This document shows, piece by piece, positions 10,365 to 21,486 of a stretch of 64,000 nt of DNA. Source of the stretch: Tetramitus jugosus (Eukaryota > Protista > Heterolobosea). The notes beneath the pieces were generated by a model. That model was given only the letters and a program-made list of their open reading frames with translations, was not told the origin of the DNA and did not search any database. Each line of letters opens with the position of its first letter. Positions within the stretch are counted from its first letter, which is position 1. The translations under genes and the position numbers were made by a program. The DNA lies in the NCBI GenBank assembly GCA_937625935.1, contig OW569380.1, forward strand, positions 372,001 through 436,000, written 5' to 3'.

Positions 10365-12633
10365 TTAGGAACTCATTGACCTCAATTCATTTATTAAACG
10401 CAGTGCCTTCACTCTTTTTCCAGCTCCTCGAATTCTTGGAGGACTTGTAGCTTCTCTTATATGATCTGCCACTTTCGTTCGGTATTGTTTTAAGAACGAG
10501 ATCATCTGACCCTTCTTTTCCATTTCAGACAGAACACGCTTCATTTCATCTGTCCGTACTTCAATGTTGAGAGAATCCCTCTTTGAGTTGCTATCCGAAA
10601 CAGATGGAAGTAGCGTATTATATTGTTCATTCAATTGAGCGTACTCCTTTTCCAAAGTTCTCAAGATTCTCTCTAACTCCTCACTCCCATTCAGATCATC
10701 TATTTCCTTGAGAATTTGTGCATTTGAAGGATCCAGTGAGTTGGTTCCATAGTACTGATAGGGTTCCTCTGATCCTAAGAACAAATATTGTAAACAATAG
10801 ACCATTGAAAGATTACATAATAGTTGACCACATACTCTTCTTTTCATTCTCAAGATTCAAGTTCAAATTCTTTTGAACCAATCCATTCACATTGAAAGAA
10901 TTACCAGTGCCTGATGCAATGAAAGGGATATTCTCATTCATTGCAGCCTTTTTGTACCTTTCCTGAAAGTTATTTGAGTTCTTCGGATGAGCGGCAGCAG
11001 TTCTACTGGCTGTAGTGACCATGAAATTATTGACCATCTGGGATTGGTTGGGTTGAGAACTGCTTCTAAAACCTGGAGATATTGGTCGGCTCTTTTCTCT
11101 TGATCGAGGTCTACTTACAGCCATTTTTCGCATGGTTCCTGCCGAGCCCGGTCTTGACACAACATTTCTCTTACTCTTCTCTGATGATTTCTTTTTCAGC
11201 TTCTTCGAAGCAGAGGTGCTCCTACTGGCATTTACAAGGTGTGCCATATCTAGCTGAGGGTTGGATTGCTTCACAAAAGCCTGATGTAAAGCTACCATAT
11301 CGTGTAGAGCTCTATCTAGCTCTGTTGCATGAGTCTCTGCTTTCTCCTTCTTTTTGATTGCTTTCACGATGTTCCTATGCAGTTCGTCCATCTTATGTTG
11401 AGATTGGACATACATATTTGTTGTCTCTCGATACTTCTCTTCGATACCTTTAATCTGTTGCTCGTAAGATGCCTTCGTCCTTTCAAGAGTTATCTCCCAC
11501 TCGTGAGTAATTTGGGTTTGTTGTTTCTTCTCCTGCTCAATCTTGTGTTCCATCTCAATCCTCAATTGATGGCATGATTTTCTTTCTTGTTCAAGCTTAT
11601 GTTCGTAATCATGTCTCATTTGCGACGAGGAGTGTTTCTCTTTTTCTAGTTCATTCTGCGATTTCATGTTGTTCTGCTCTAACTCATACTTCATGTCAAT
11701 CTTGGACTTCTTTTCCTCCTCCAGTTTTTGGTTTAATCCAGCCACTTCTTCTTCTAAGGATTTGATCTTGTTTTGGAGAGACTTTAGAGCAGACAATACT
11801 GCTTTACTATTGTTTGCAGAGATAGAGAACGAGGAAAGTTGACCAATGCTTCCCAACGATAATCTTCCCGATGGTTGGGAGCTATTGGTAGGTAAGTTTT
11901 CATTGGCTGTGATGTGACTAGTTTGTAACAACGGTGTGGCATTCATACTGTGTGACTGATAGCTTGTAGAAAACCTATTACCGGATTGATGTGCTGACAA
12001 AGTAGGAGTAAAACTATTTGCTTTCTCTACCGGAGAAGGGACAATTTCCGGTTGAACTGAATTCAAGTTGCTACTTGACTGATTCTTGGTTCCATCAGGT
12101 AGTGCGTAATGATGATGATGATGATAAACTCCTGCTGAACTTGTGGTATCCTTCGTGCTGGTGTGGTCACTTGTCTCAGAATCAGAAGAAGATAAGTCAC
12201 TACTATCAGAGGTATAACTCGCTTGATCAGATACCTTTCTGTGAATGGGATTTGATCCTCTCTTGCTTCGAAATTCTCTCAACTTTTTCTGTTGTTTCTG
12301 TTGGTACTTCATAAACTCTTCAAAAGTTGGTTCAGGCTTTCTTCTCTTCTGAGTCGATTGGGAAAAGTTGTTAAATGGTGGAGCCACAGATCGACGTCTC
12401 TCGCCTTCCAAAGAATGATCCTCTGAAATTGCCGAAGTTGACAATGCACTGCTCTCAGAGTATACAGAAGATGAGTCATAATCACCTCCGGAATCAGAAA
12501 CTGATGTATAGCTTCTATTAGTTGTCGTTGTGGCATCAGTGTCTTCACCACTGACAGCTTCGCTGCTCGAAATGTAAGGAGATTCTCCCCTCTTTTCTTT
12601 GTTTCCCTTTGAAGATCGATGGTTATTCTTCAT
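10365..12633 (-). CDS. CEP57: CEP57/translokin-like centrosomal protein; exons 12633-10836, 10774-10365
   Basis: SKAVLSALKSLQNKIKSLE (start of the centrosome-localisation domain), IPFIASGTGNSFNV motif, and a C-terminal MT-binding-like segment (LEKEYAQLNEQY..EMEKKGQMISFLKQY). A 61-nt GTATGT..TAG intron joins the two ORFs in frame. Confidence 0.75.
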
Positions 12634-12739
12634 TGCCAAAACTATTCTTTCTTTTTCAAAGCTTTGCTGGTTCTGCTTTCTCAAATGACAGTTACTTTGA
12701 TTGTAGGTGTGAACTGAAATTTTTTGGCGTTAAACTTGA

Positions 12740-12748
12740 TTTGGCGCC
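12740..12748 (+). promoter_or_regulatory. E2F-type site TTTGGCGCC upstream of the CEP57-like gene
   Basis: Matches TTTSSCGC; a second near-match TTTGGCGT lies at 12723-12730. Confidence 0.5.
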
Positions 12749-12868
12749 ATTGAGGTACATATGACATATGTCAACACGAAAATCGATCGAACATGAAGGA
12801 ATCGTACTGACTCATCCACAGACGCTCAGATCATGTTTGTTTATTGTTGCCATATGATTGGAAAGCTG

Positions 12869-13198
12869 TTATTGATTGGTTTTTTCTTCATCTTCTTGTT
12901 GGTCGAAAATTGGGGGATCCGTTACCGTAACGCCAACTTTCACACGTTCTTCACCGCCTATCACAGAACTGAGAGTAATGCTGGCCACTTGTACTCCACT
13001 GAAAACAAATGATTGACATTCTCCAAACGCTTGCAGTGCGTTATCTTCAGGAATACTGCTTGCTCTGAAAACCAGACCTTGATCTCCTTCCTCATTTTCG
13101 AACCCTAACCCAGCCAGAATATTTTCGAGTTTGGGATCTGTGTTAGAATCAGAGGGGTTCGTATTCTTGAATCGTAATCTTATGTAGTATTCTGCCAT
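12869..13198 (-). CDS. Small acidic hypothetical protein (109 aa)
   Basis: ATG ORF with an A-rich leader and plausible alpha/beta composition. Confidence 0.6.
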   Translation of the reverse strand: MAEYYIRLRFKNTNPSDSNTDPKLENILAGLGFENEEGDQGLVFRASSIPEDNALQAFGECQSFVFSGVQVASITLSSVIGGEERVKVGVTVTDPPIFDQQEDEEKTNQ

Positions 13199-13436
13199 GT
13201 TTTGGTTAGTTTTTCCTGGAGGAAGTCGATCAGGTGTTCACAACTAAAACTGACCAGAGAAAAGTCGGAGAGGGGAGAAGCAAGTCAACCTGGCCAGAAT
13301 TGAGAATTCCCAACTGTAGAGCTATCATCCGACAAAATACTCCGCTCCCGATATCGTTCTTTTGGCGCGAGTCGCATCAAATATGTCAGATTAGATCTAA
13401 AAAAAATCAAACACAACAAAACACAAAAACACAGTC

Positions 13437-15065
13437 ATGCTGTCATTTGTTACATTGCTCGTCCTCGGTATACTTGCAGGTATATTCTTGGCCGCTTTCA
13501 TCGGTGCCAATGACAGTGCCAATTCAGTAGGTGCTGCTCTCGGTTGTGGTCTCTCTGTTTACAAGGTCATTTTCATGGCTGCCGTATTTGAGATGATTGG
13601 TGCGATTTTTCTGGGTGGATTCGTGAGTCAGACCATTACGAGTAAGATTTTGATTATGCCAAACACTGGTGATGAACAGCATCAAGTCAGAGAACTTATG
13701 CTTGTCATGCTGAGTGTGTTGATTGGGTCTGGATCGTGGCTCAGCATATCAACTGTGCTTTCGTTGCCAGTGTCGACAACTCACTCGGTTATTGGATCCG
13801 TGGTGGGTTGTGGTGTGTTGATGGGTGGTGTTGCAGCAATTGAATGGAAGGAGCTCATTTGGATCTCTGTGTGGTGGGTCACGTCACCATTGGTCGGTGG
13901 AGTCGTCTCATTCATCTTTTGGTTTTTGTTGAAAAAGGTTGTTGTGTCATCAGGCAACTCGGTGTCTCGCATGCTCACGGCACTACCATTTCTATCGTTT
14001 CTTACCATCGGAATCTTGCTATTGTTTGTCATTTATCGTGGACTGACGCCCTTCAATTTACATGTGCCCATTTATGTTGCAATTCCAGTTGCTGCGGCAT
14101 TGGCCGTTTTTTGCGCATGCTTTGTGTGGAAGATGATTATTCCAGAAATTGTGAAACAAATGACAAAGGAGGCAAGTCGGTCCTATCGAGACATTTACCT
14201 TGGAAAAGAGTCTTCAACGAGTGAAATTGTTCAATCAGGCGAAAATGGCTCTCTTGAACTGAAGGAAGAAACTGACGCACAATCTTATGAGAGCTATCGG
14301 TCAGAAGAGATGCAAGGATTCGATCAGCAGCAGAAGCAACAACAACAGCAAGAGCAAGAGCAATTCAATGACGAACCAAGGGAAAAGAACTCAACTGAAG
14401 TGACATTGGTTGTTGCGCACGATGATACACCTGCTCAAGAAACAGACGATATCAAAGAGAGCTTGACGACTACGAAACAGGAAATGAAAGAAGTAGTCGC
14501 TAGTATAAAAGTAGAGAATGGCGATGGTGAATCAGATGCCGACACGGCAGAGAGACACGTGTTTAGATTCCTCGTTGTCCTTACATCTGGTTGTATTGCT
14601 ATGGCTCACGGTGCCAATGATATTAGTAATGCGAGCGCACCACTCAGCGTGATTGCAAGCTCATTTCAAACCAAGAAACTCCCAACAGCAGATAATATGA
14701 ATACTGTGTTATGGGTAACGCTGTTGACAACCGGTTTGTTAATATTGGGACTTGTTACACTAGGATACAGAGTGATGAAGACCATTGGTACTCGTATCAC
14801 AAAAATGACACCCGCTAGAGCTTTCGTTGTACAATTGTCAACAGCCACCATCACCTTAACCTGTAGTTTACTTGGTATTCCACTGAGTACGACACATATT
14901 ATTGTTGGTTGTATTTATGGTATCAATCTTGTAGATATTACTTCAATACGGGAGATGAAATGGAAACTGATTGTTGGTATTATCACCAGCTGGTTCGTTA
15001 CCATTCCATTCTCTGCCCTTATTAGCATTGCAGTGTTTGCATTTGGTCGGGCGCTGTTGGGCTGA
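13437..15065 (+). CDS. PiT family (SLC20/PHO89/PHO4 domain) inorganic phosphate transporter
   Basis: Both signature motifs GANDSAN and HGANDISN; PVSTTHS and PLSTTH; large central hydrophilic loop. Confidence 0.95.
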   Translation: MLSFVTLLVLGILAGIFLAAFIGANDSANSVGAALGCGLSVYKVIFMAAVFEMIGAIFLGGFVSQTITSKILIMPNTGDEQHQVRELMLVMLSVLIGSGSWLSISTVLSLPVSTTHSVIGSVVGCGVLMGGVAAIEWKELIWISVWWVTSPLVGGVVSFIFWFLLKKVVVSSGNSVSRMLTALPFLSFLTIGILLLFVIYRGLTPFNLHVPIYVAIPVAAALAVFCACFVWKMIIPEIVKQMTKEASRSYRDIYLGKESSTSEIVQSGENGSLELKEETDAQSYESYRSEEMQGFDQQQKQQQQQEQEQFNDEPREKNSTEVTLVVAHDDTPAQETDDIKESLTTTKQEMKEVVASIKVENGDGESDADTAERHVFRFLVVLTSGCIAMAHGANDISNASAPLSVIASSFQTKKLPTADNMNTVLWVTLLTTGLLILGLVTLGYRVMKTIGTRITKMTPARAFVVQLSTATITLTCSLLGIPLSTTHIIVGCIYGINLVDITSIREMKWKLIVGIITSWFVTIPFSALISIAVFAFGRALLG

Positions 15066-15515
15066 GCAATCGGTCCCAGGAACACGTGCCAAGCACGAGT
15101 CATCATTGACATTGATGGACTCAATCTTGAAGATCTCTCCTTGAATCATTTTGATCTCGTCCGAGTATTGTATTCATCGGAGTCCATCTCCTCTTCCCTG
15201 CCCGATTTTTCTTTCGAAAGCATCGCTCTTTTTGCCGCTCGAGATATCTTCTTGCGTGTTGTTCCCGATGCTTTGTGTCGCAATGCCAAAACAACAGAGA
15301 GAAATAAAATTCTTTCTTCCAGGAGAGAAAAACAAAAACACAAACAAACAGATCACATACAATACAAACTCGAGTCTCTTATCATATGCTCAACAAAAGC
15401 ACAATTACTCTCTAGAGTTTTGAGACAACATCCACCATACAACAACAACAACAATCATCATAATTATCATCATCTTATTCAAAACGACTACTACTACCAT
15501 TAATTATCAACAGAG

Positions 15516-18500
15516 ATGAAGTTTGGAAAGACATTGCTCGAGTCAAGCACTCCAGGTATGATGACACAAATCAATCACTCTTTTATATCACCAATGATCA
15601 ACTTACTCAGTGCCACCATCCTTTATCATCATCCTTTATCACACACACAAAACATCATTTGAAAAAACAACATGGTTACAACAGAATGGAGGACACAATT
15701 CATTGATTATAAGCGATTGAAAAAGGCATTGAAACCCATTAAGCGCAGAAAGCAAATTTTGCTCCGGAGACGATTGAAAGCTCTCTCCAAACAACAAAAG
15801 CTAAAACAACAGCAAAAACAACAACAACAACAACAACAGAAACAACAATCATCAAATCATTCTCATCATCCTCATCACTCTCCAGAAGTCAACGTACTGG
15901 ATCATCATGACACAATCTCTGCATTGAACAGCAACAAGTATGAACGAGAGATGAATCATTTGAGTCGATCCTCTAGTATTTCATCTTCATTGGCCTATCA
16001 TGAACAACCATCCACCATCACAACAAGCAATATTCATAATCATAATCACAACAATCATAACAACAATGATGACGATAATAACAATAATAATAATAATAAT
16101 AATAATAGAATTACACCATCCATGCTGACAACAGTTGATTTAGGACCACCGTCACCAGTCATGATCGATACTACTAGTAATCGATTTTCTCGATTTTTCA
16201 AGAATCCATTCAAAAAGAATAGTGATGAGGATGATGAATTGTCGTCCGATGATGATGATGATGTTGACCAAGTGGAAATGAATGAAAATTTGAATAGCGA
16301 GAGTAGTGGTACAGCTACAGCGACCATGTCAAAATCAAGATCATTATTTGCATCGATTGCACCCTTTTCTTATCGAAATCGCACAACTCAAAACAGTAGT
16401 CGTGATAATCATCATCATCATCATAGTAATGTGAATACTCCGAGAGCCAATTCACTAGAGGATGATGGTGGTGATGATCGAAAGAAACGATCCAGTCTCC
16501 TATCTCCCTCGGCGCTATCCCTGGATGAGAAATTGGCCAGAAAATCTCGAAAATTATCCTTTTCCTTCTCGGATGACGATCCTAATTTGAGCAGAATTTT
16601 GAGTCAAGACATGAACAGTAGTAGTGATGGTAGTATTAGTAGTCAGAGTCATCGTTTCCATGGTAGTAGTGGCAGTAGCAGTGGTAGTCGTGTGCGTGAC
16701 AATGAAGAAGAAGACGATGATAATAATACGTCGTCATCGGCTATTCCAACGATTCATATTGTTCCATCGGTCAACAGCACATGCAATTTGTTGAGTCAGG
16801 AGGAGAGAGATGAGATTGAACAACAGGATATGGACATTGAAATTGATTTTCCTGATACTGCATCGGATAGTACGACGACATTGGGTGGTACATTGAGTCA
16901 ATCATCGTCCTTTAGTGATGATATGCACCGTATTACAGTTACGTTTGAGAATCGCATCGTGAGTCAAATATCAGATGTTCAAAAGGAGAACATGCTGTAT
17001 AGAAACGAGTCTGCAGGATTCTTTGACTTGTTGGAAAAAGAATTGGACAAGATCAACAAGTTTTATTTGAAAACGGAGAAGGAGTGTGCTGTGAGACACA
17101 CGAAACTGGTGAAACAAATTCAAATCTATCACTACAATTTTAAGAAGAAGAATATTTTGAGCAAGTTGGGAAGGCATTCAACTTCGAAACAAATGATTAT
17201 GCTTGGATTCCAGGAGCATTACCGTGCGTTGGTTCTATTGCAAAACTATAGAGTGCTGAATTTTACTGGTTTTACCAAGATTATGAAGGTATGGTCCTTA
17301 TAGTTATTCGTCGAATTTAGAAGAGTGGAAACTAACAATATTTATAATTTATAGAAATACATCAAGTGTTCTGGCAATTCCCTGGAGCTCAAGCAAGAAA
17401 TCTTGAGTGTGATAGAAGATGATCCATTCTATTCATCGCCCATGTTAAACACACTGATTGAACAAGCAGAGGATTTGGCAACCGAACATTTGCACAATGG
17501 CAACAGAAAGAATGCCATGAACAGCTTAAGAGTTCCCAATGAACATTTTCAGGAAGTCGTTAATCAAAACGTTTCCTTTAGATGTGGTCTGTGGCTAGGC
17601 ATTTCATTGATTTTGACCGGGCTCTCCACATACACTTATCTGACCGAATATGCAACGTTGCCCGAGGAACCGTCGTACTCGCAATTCTCCTTTTTCGTGT
17701 TTCGGGTGTTGCTCTTTCCAATTTTGTTGATGAACTTTATTGCCATTAACTTGAGGATTTGGGACGCAGGACGCATTAATTATGTTTTTATATTCGAGTT
17801 AGATCCGAGAAAGCACATGAGTAAGCACAAGTTTTTGGAAATTTCCCTCATTTGCTATCTGCTTTGGATCAGTTTTGTACAGTTTTACATTTGGACCGTA
17901 GTGAACGATGATCGGTGGCATTTTAATGCGCGACCTTGGTTGTATCCACTTATATTGACTGGTTCGTTTGTTCTAGTACTTTTATTCCCGCACCCAGCAG
18001 TGTTCAATGGTAATGCTAGAATGTGGTTATTGAAGAAGATATTCCATTGTCTCATCGCACCGTTTGCAACCGTGAGATTTGCTGATTTTTGGCTCGCAGA
18101 TCAACTCACGTCAATGTCCGAGTTTTTATTCGAGGTACAATTTGTGTTTTGTATCTTGCCCTCTGACTTTGTTTCGCCACGTAAGTATTTCTCGTACCAT
18201 TCTACATTTCCCTCCTGTCCAGTACTAACACCATGAATCATTCTAGTGAAAACATTCTGTGATCAATCCCAAAATCTTGGTGTGCCTGTGCTAAATGCAT
18301 GGCCCCTGATATGCCGTACATTGCAATGCTTCAGAAGATACCGCGATGATCCAGGAAAAGATAAGGCTCACTTATGGAACGCAGGAAAATATGGAAGCTC
18401 GATATTTGTCATGCTGTGGTCCTTTACTCAAAAATCTGTGATTCACGCATTGATACCACAGTTAGATTCAGCAGCAATGTGGTTTTTCCTTGTAGCAAAC

Positions 18501-19193
18501 GTATTTAGCACTTGTTACAAGTATTATTGGGATATTGTGAAGGATTGGGGTCTTTTCGGCTTCTCCAAAGATGTAAAGTACAAGGGACTCCGAAAAGAAA
18601 TAGTATTCAATCCTATTCTGTACTACTTGGCCATAATACTCAACTTGCTACTCCGCTTCATGTGGGTGCTGGTGTTTGGTCTTCGTTTGATGGCAAACAT
18701 CAAGTTGGACATGCAATACTTTTTGTTCTTTGTAGCATTTGCTGAAATCTTCCGTCGCTTCGTCTGGAACATTTTCAGATTAGAGAACGAGCACTTGAAC
18801 AACTGTGGTAAGTTTAGAGCTGTATTGGATATTCCTCTACCATTCGAAGCACCACCAGAGGAGGAGCAAGAAGATGAAATGAAGGAGAAGAACACTAAGA
18901 AGAAGTCCTTCTTTGTCAAATGGGGATTATTCAAAGATTCACCACTGGAGCAAGCAACATCTCCCAAGCAACGAACACCTGGTACTCCAACGACCATTTC
19001 GTTTGAAGACGTGCAAGAAATGCCAAATGTTATTTCAGAAGAAGAGCGAAGTCGAAATCCAGAAACATTCATCGCCAGACCAAGAGCATTCTTGGGTGAT
19101 GTTACTCGAATGTCTAAATCCATTTCAATGAATGCTTTGTCTCGCGTTCGGAAATCTCCTTCACTCCCCACACTCTCAAGCAATGAAACCTAA
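15516..19193 (+). CDS. XPR1: SPX-EXS phosphate exporter (XPR1/PHO1/SYG1 family); exons 15516-15555, 15685-17288, 17355-18180, 18247-19193
   Basis: Spliced N-terminus MKFGKTL..EWRTQFIDYKRLKK; ELDKINKFY; LNFTGFTKIMKKY; EXS motifs RFADFWLADQLTS, NAGKY, WDIVKDWGL, EIFRRFVWNIFRLENEHLNNCGKFRA. All three GT-AG introns keep frame. Confidence 0.95.
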
Positions 19194-19242
19194 TAAAATA
19201 ATACGTAAGCGCAGATATCATTTATTATACAAGTTTAACAGA

Positions 19243-21078
19243 CTATGCTGGTGTGCCTGGAGTTCTTTGCAGGAGTAATTCATCAGCTGATGTGTACTTC
19301 GCGGTCTCATGAACAGGAGACACCGGAGAAGTTGGGCTTGGCACAGCGTTCAACAATGATTCATGCTCCTCTGCAAATTTACCTTCTCCGATACTGAGTT
19401 TTCCACTCTTGATTCCATAAGCCCATGTGAGAAGTCCAGCATAGGAGATGGAGTTAATCAATGCCACACCCAACAAAACTCGGAACAACGCATCGGCTCC
19501 ATACACCAAGAAAGATGAGGTTACAATAATTGGAATGATAGCTTCTGCAGATGATGCCATTGTCATAATCAGAGTGGACATTTTGGCAGATAGTCCATAA
19601 CCAGGAATTGCAGCTTGAGGATACGAAAGTGCAAGAGGATACAAGCTTGCCAACGAACTACCAATCACGATGGATCCCAACCAAGCTGTAGACGGATGGA
19701 ATGGGCCGAGCAAAAAGTAGCCAATACCACTCAGCACACCACCCATGCTCAATGCCAAGATCAATCCCGGACGAATCTTCTTGCCCAATGGAGCCATGAG
19801 CAATCGAGTCAAAGTCAATGACAACCAGAACGCAGAGTTAATCATTGCAATCTCTCCATAATTTCTTGCGAGTCCCTTTGCTCTGATGTAGGTGGCCAAC
19901 AAACCGCCAAATGTACTCTCGAGAGCAACTGCACCAAACAGGGCAGATCCCTGGAGGTAAGCCAACATCCATGAACCGAACCATTGCCCAAATGACTTGT
20001 GTTTCTTCTTTTCAATTTCAAGTGTCTCACCAGCGAGTTCCTCTTCTTGTTCTTCCTCCAGATGCATATCTTCTTCTCTGTTGCTGCTGCTACTGGCGCC
20101 ATGAATGACAGGTGAGGTTGGAGTCAATGGTTGATTGCTATCACTGAGTGTCGTAGCTGCTTCTTCATCTTCTGGAGCAGAAGGACTCATTTCGTCCAAT
20201 GATCTGTATTCTCCCTTGCGCTTGAACCAAGCAGACCAATATCCTTTTGATGATGATGCGTAGGTGACCAGTGTTGACAAACTCAGCAACACACCGGATG
20301 ACACCAACAAGGAAGTCATTGCATAACTCATGGAACGGAAGTTGAATCCATTGGACCAGAAGAGCAATGGAGCTACAAAGCTTCCCATTCCCGCAAAGGA
20401 ATTCAAACCAAGAATCACCGAAGTGGATTGCCACAACCACAGAGATAACAGATTACATCCCATTGTAATAATTCCGCCAGTAATACCGTAGGCAAAGTAA
20501 AGTGCTGCCAACGCCGAAAAGTTGGTTACACCGGGAACGAGCGCGAGAATGAGAGCGGTTGTAAACACGGAACCAGCGAGCAAAAAATTGGAAGCTTGGA
20601 TGGATTTGGTGTACGCGAAATGGAACAAGTATCCTCCTAAGACACTACCAATGATTGAACCGAGTCCTCGGTGAGTGAACAACCAACCCATCTGAGGAAT
20701 GGCAGTATCGGTCAACTTGCTCAATGGAGAAATGGAAAGTCCAATTGCTCCAATGGACAACCCAAAAGCCATGAGAACCAAGAAGTAACTGAATGTCAAT
20801 ACCTTGCTCTTCCAATTGAGCTTCAACTTGGAGATATCGGAGAACCCTGTAGTTGGTGAGTATGATGACTCTCTTTGCTTTCCCTTGTTCTTTCCCCATT
20901 TGTCCTTGTCAGTTTCAATGAGTGGCTGAACAATGTGAGTCTTATCATAGAGACCAAACTCTAGTTTTTGAGCAGTGTCGGGAGAGATGGTGGACACAGT
21001 GGCCTTTTCGGTTTGTGTGGGGTGGGTGTCCTGGGACGAACTGCCACCACCACTAGTTCTTCTCTTATTCTTCCCCAT
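19243..21078 (-). CDS. Major facilitator superfamily transporter (MFSD4/NaGLT-like)
   Basis: About 12 hydrophobic segments in 6+6 arrangement with a central loop; FTHRGLGSIIGS, GSFVAPL, SAFWLSLTLTRL motifs. Confidence 0.85.
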   Translation of the reverse strand: MGKNKRRTSGGGSSSQDTHPTQTEKATVSTISPDTAQKLEFGLYDKTHIVQPLIETDKDKWGKNKGKQRESSYSPTTGFSDISKLKLNWKSKVLTFSYFLVLMAFGLSIGAIGLSISPLSKLTDTAIPQMGWLFTHRGLGSIIGSVLGGYLFHFAYTKSIQASNFLLAGSVFTTALILALVPGVTNFSALAALYFAYGITGGIITMGCNLLSLWLWQSTSVILGLNSFAGMGSFVAPLLFWSNGFNFRSMSYAMTSLLVSSGVLLSLSTLVTYASSSKGYWSAWFKRKGEYRSLDEMSPSAPEDEEAATTLSDSNQPLTPTSPVIHGASSSSNREEDMHLEEEQEEELAGETLEIEKKKHKSFGQWFGSWMLAYLQGSALFGAVALESTFGGLLATYIRAKGLARNYGEIAMINSAFWLSLTLTRLLMAPLGKKIRPGLILALSMGGVLSGIGYFLLGPFHPSTAWLGSIVIGSSLASLYPLALSYPQAAIPGYGLSAKMSTLIMTMASSAEAIIPIIVTSSFLVYGADALFRVLLGVALINSISYAGLLTWAYGIKSGKLSIGEGKFAEEHESLLNAVPSPTSPVSPVHETAKYTSADELLLQRTPGTPA

Positions 21079-21486
21079 GTCGTAGTAGAGACTAATGTGT
21101 TTGTTTTAGAATGGATAGATAGTGCAGGAAGAGTGGATCGGATTGTTATCGTTGTATGTATACACTAACGTGACTTATTTGATCTGATTCAGCACGTGTA
21201 TTGTTTGTTTGAAGTGAGAGCCACGGGATCAGAGAGTGTATGGTGTTGTTGTTTGATCAAATTATTTCGATCTTGGATATACTGTCATACTTGTTTGAAT
21301 ATTATGTGAAGCCTTGGGAATTCCCGACAACGGATCAGTCTGAGATTACAAAAAAATATTCAAGGAATCTATTGGCGGATCGATCCGCGAAATGGGTTAC
21401 GATTGGATTATCCGTTGAAGCGTTTGGGGTGTCAACTGCCACTTTGGATGTCCTTGTCAACCGCTCCAAAATGTCTACAAAAAAAC

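Noticed and set aside
15141-15503. Several short overlapping ORFs between PiT and XPR1
   Set aside because: Mostly non-ATG or low complexity; the region is better explained as terminator, promoter and 5' UTR.
21154-21192. Intron-like GTATGT..CACTAAC..TTCAG on the + strand upstream of the MFS gene
   Set aside because: No supportable + strand gene here; it could be chance or an antisense transcript, which cannot be tested from sequence alone.
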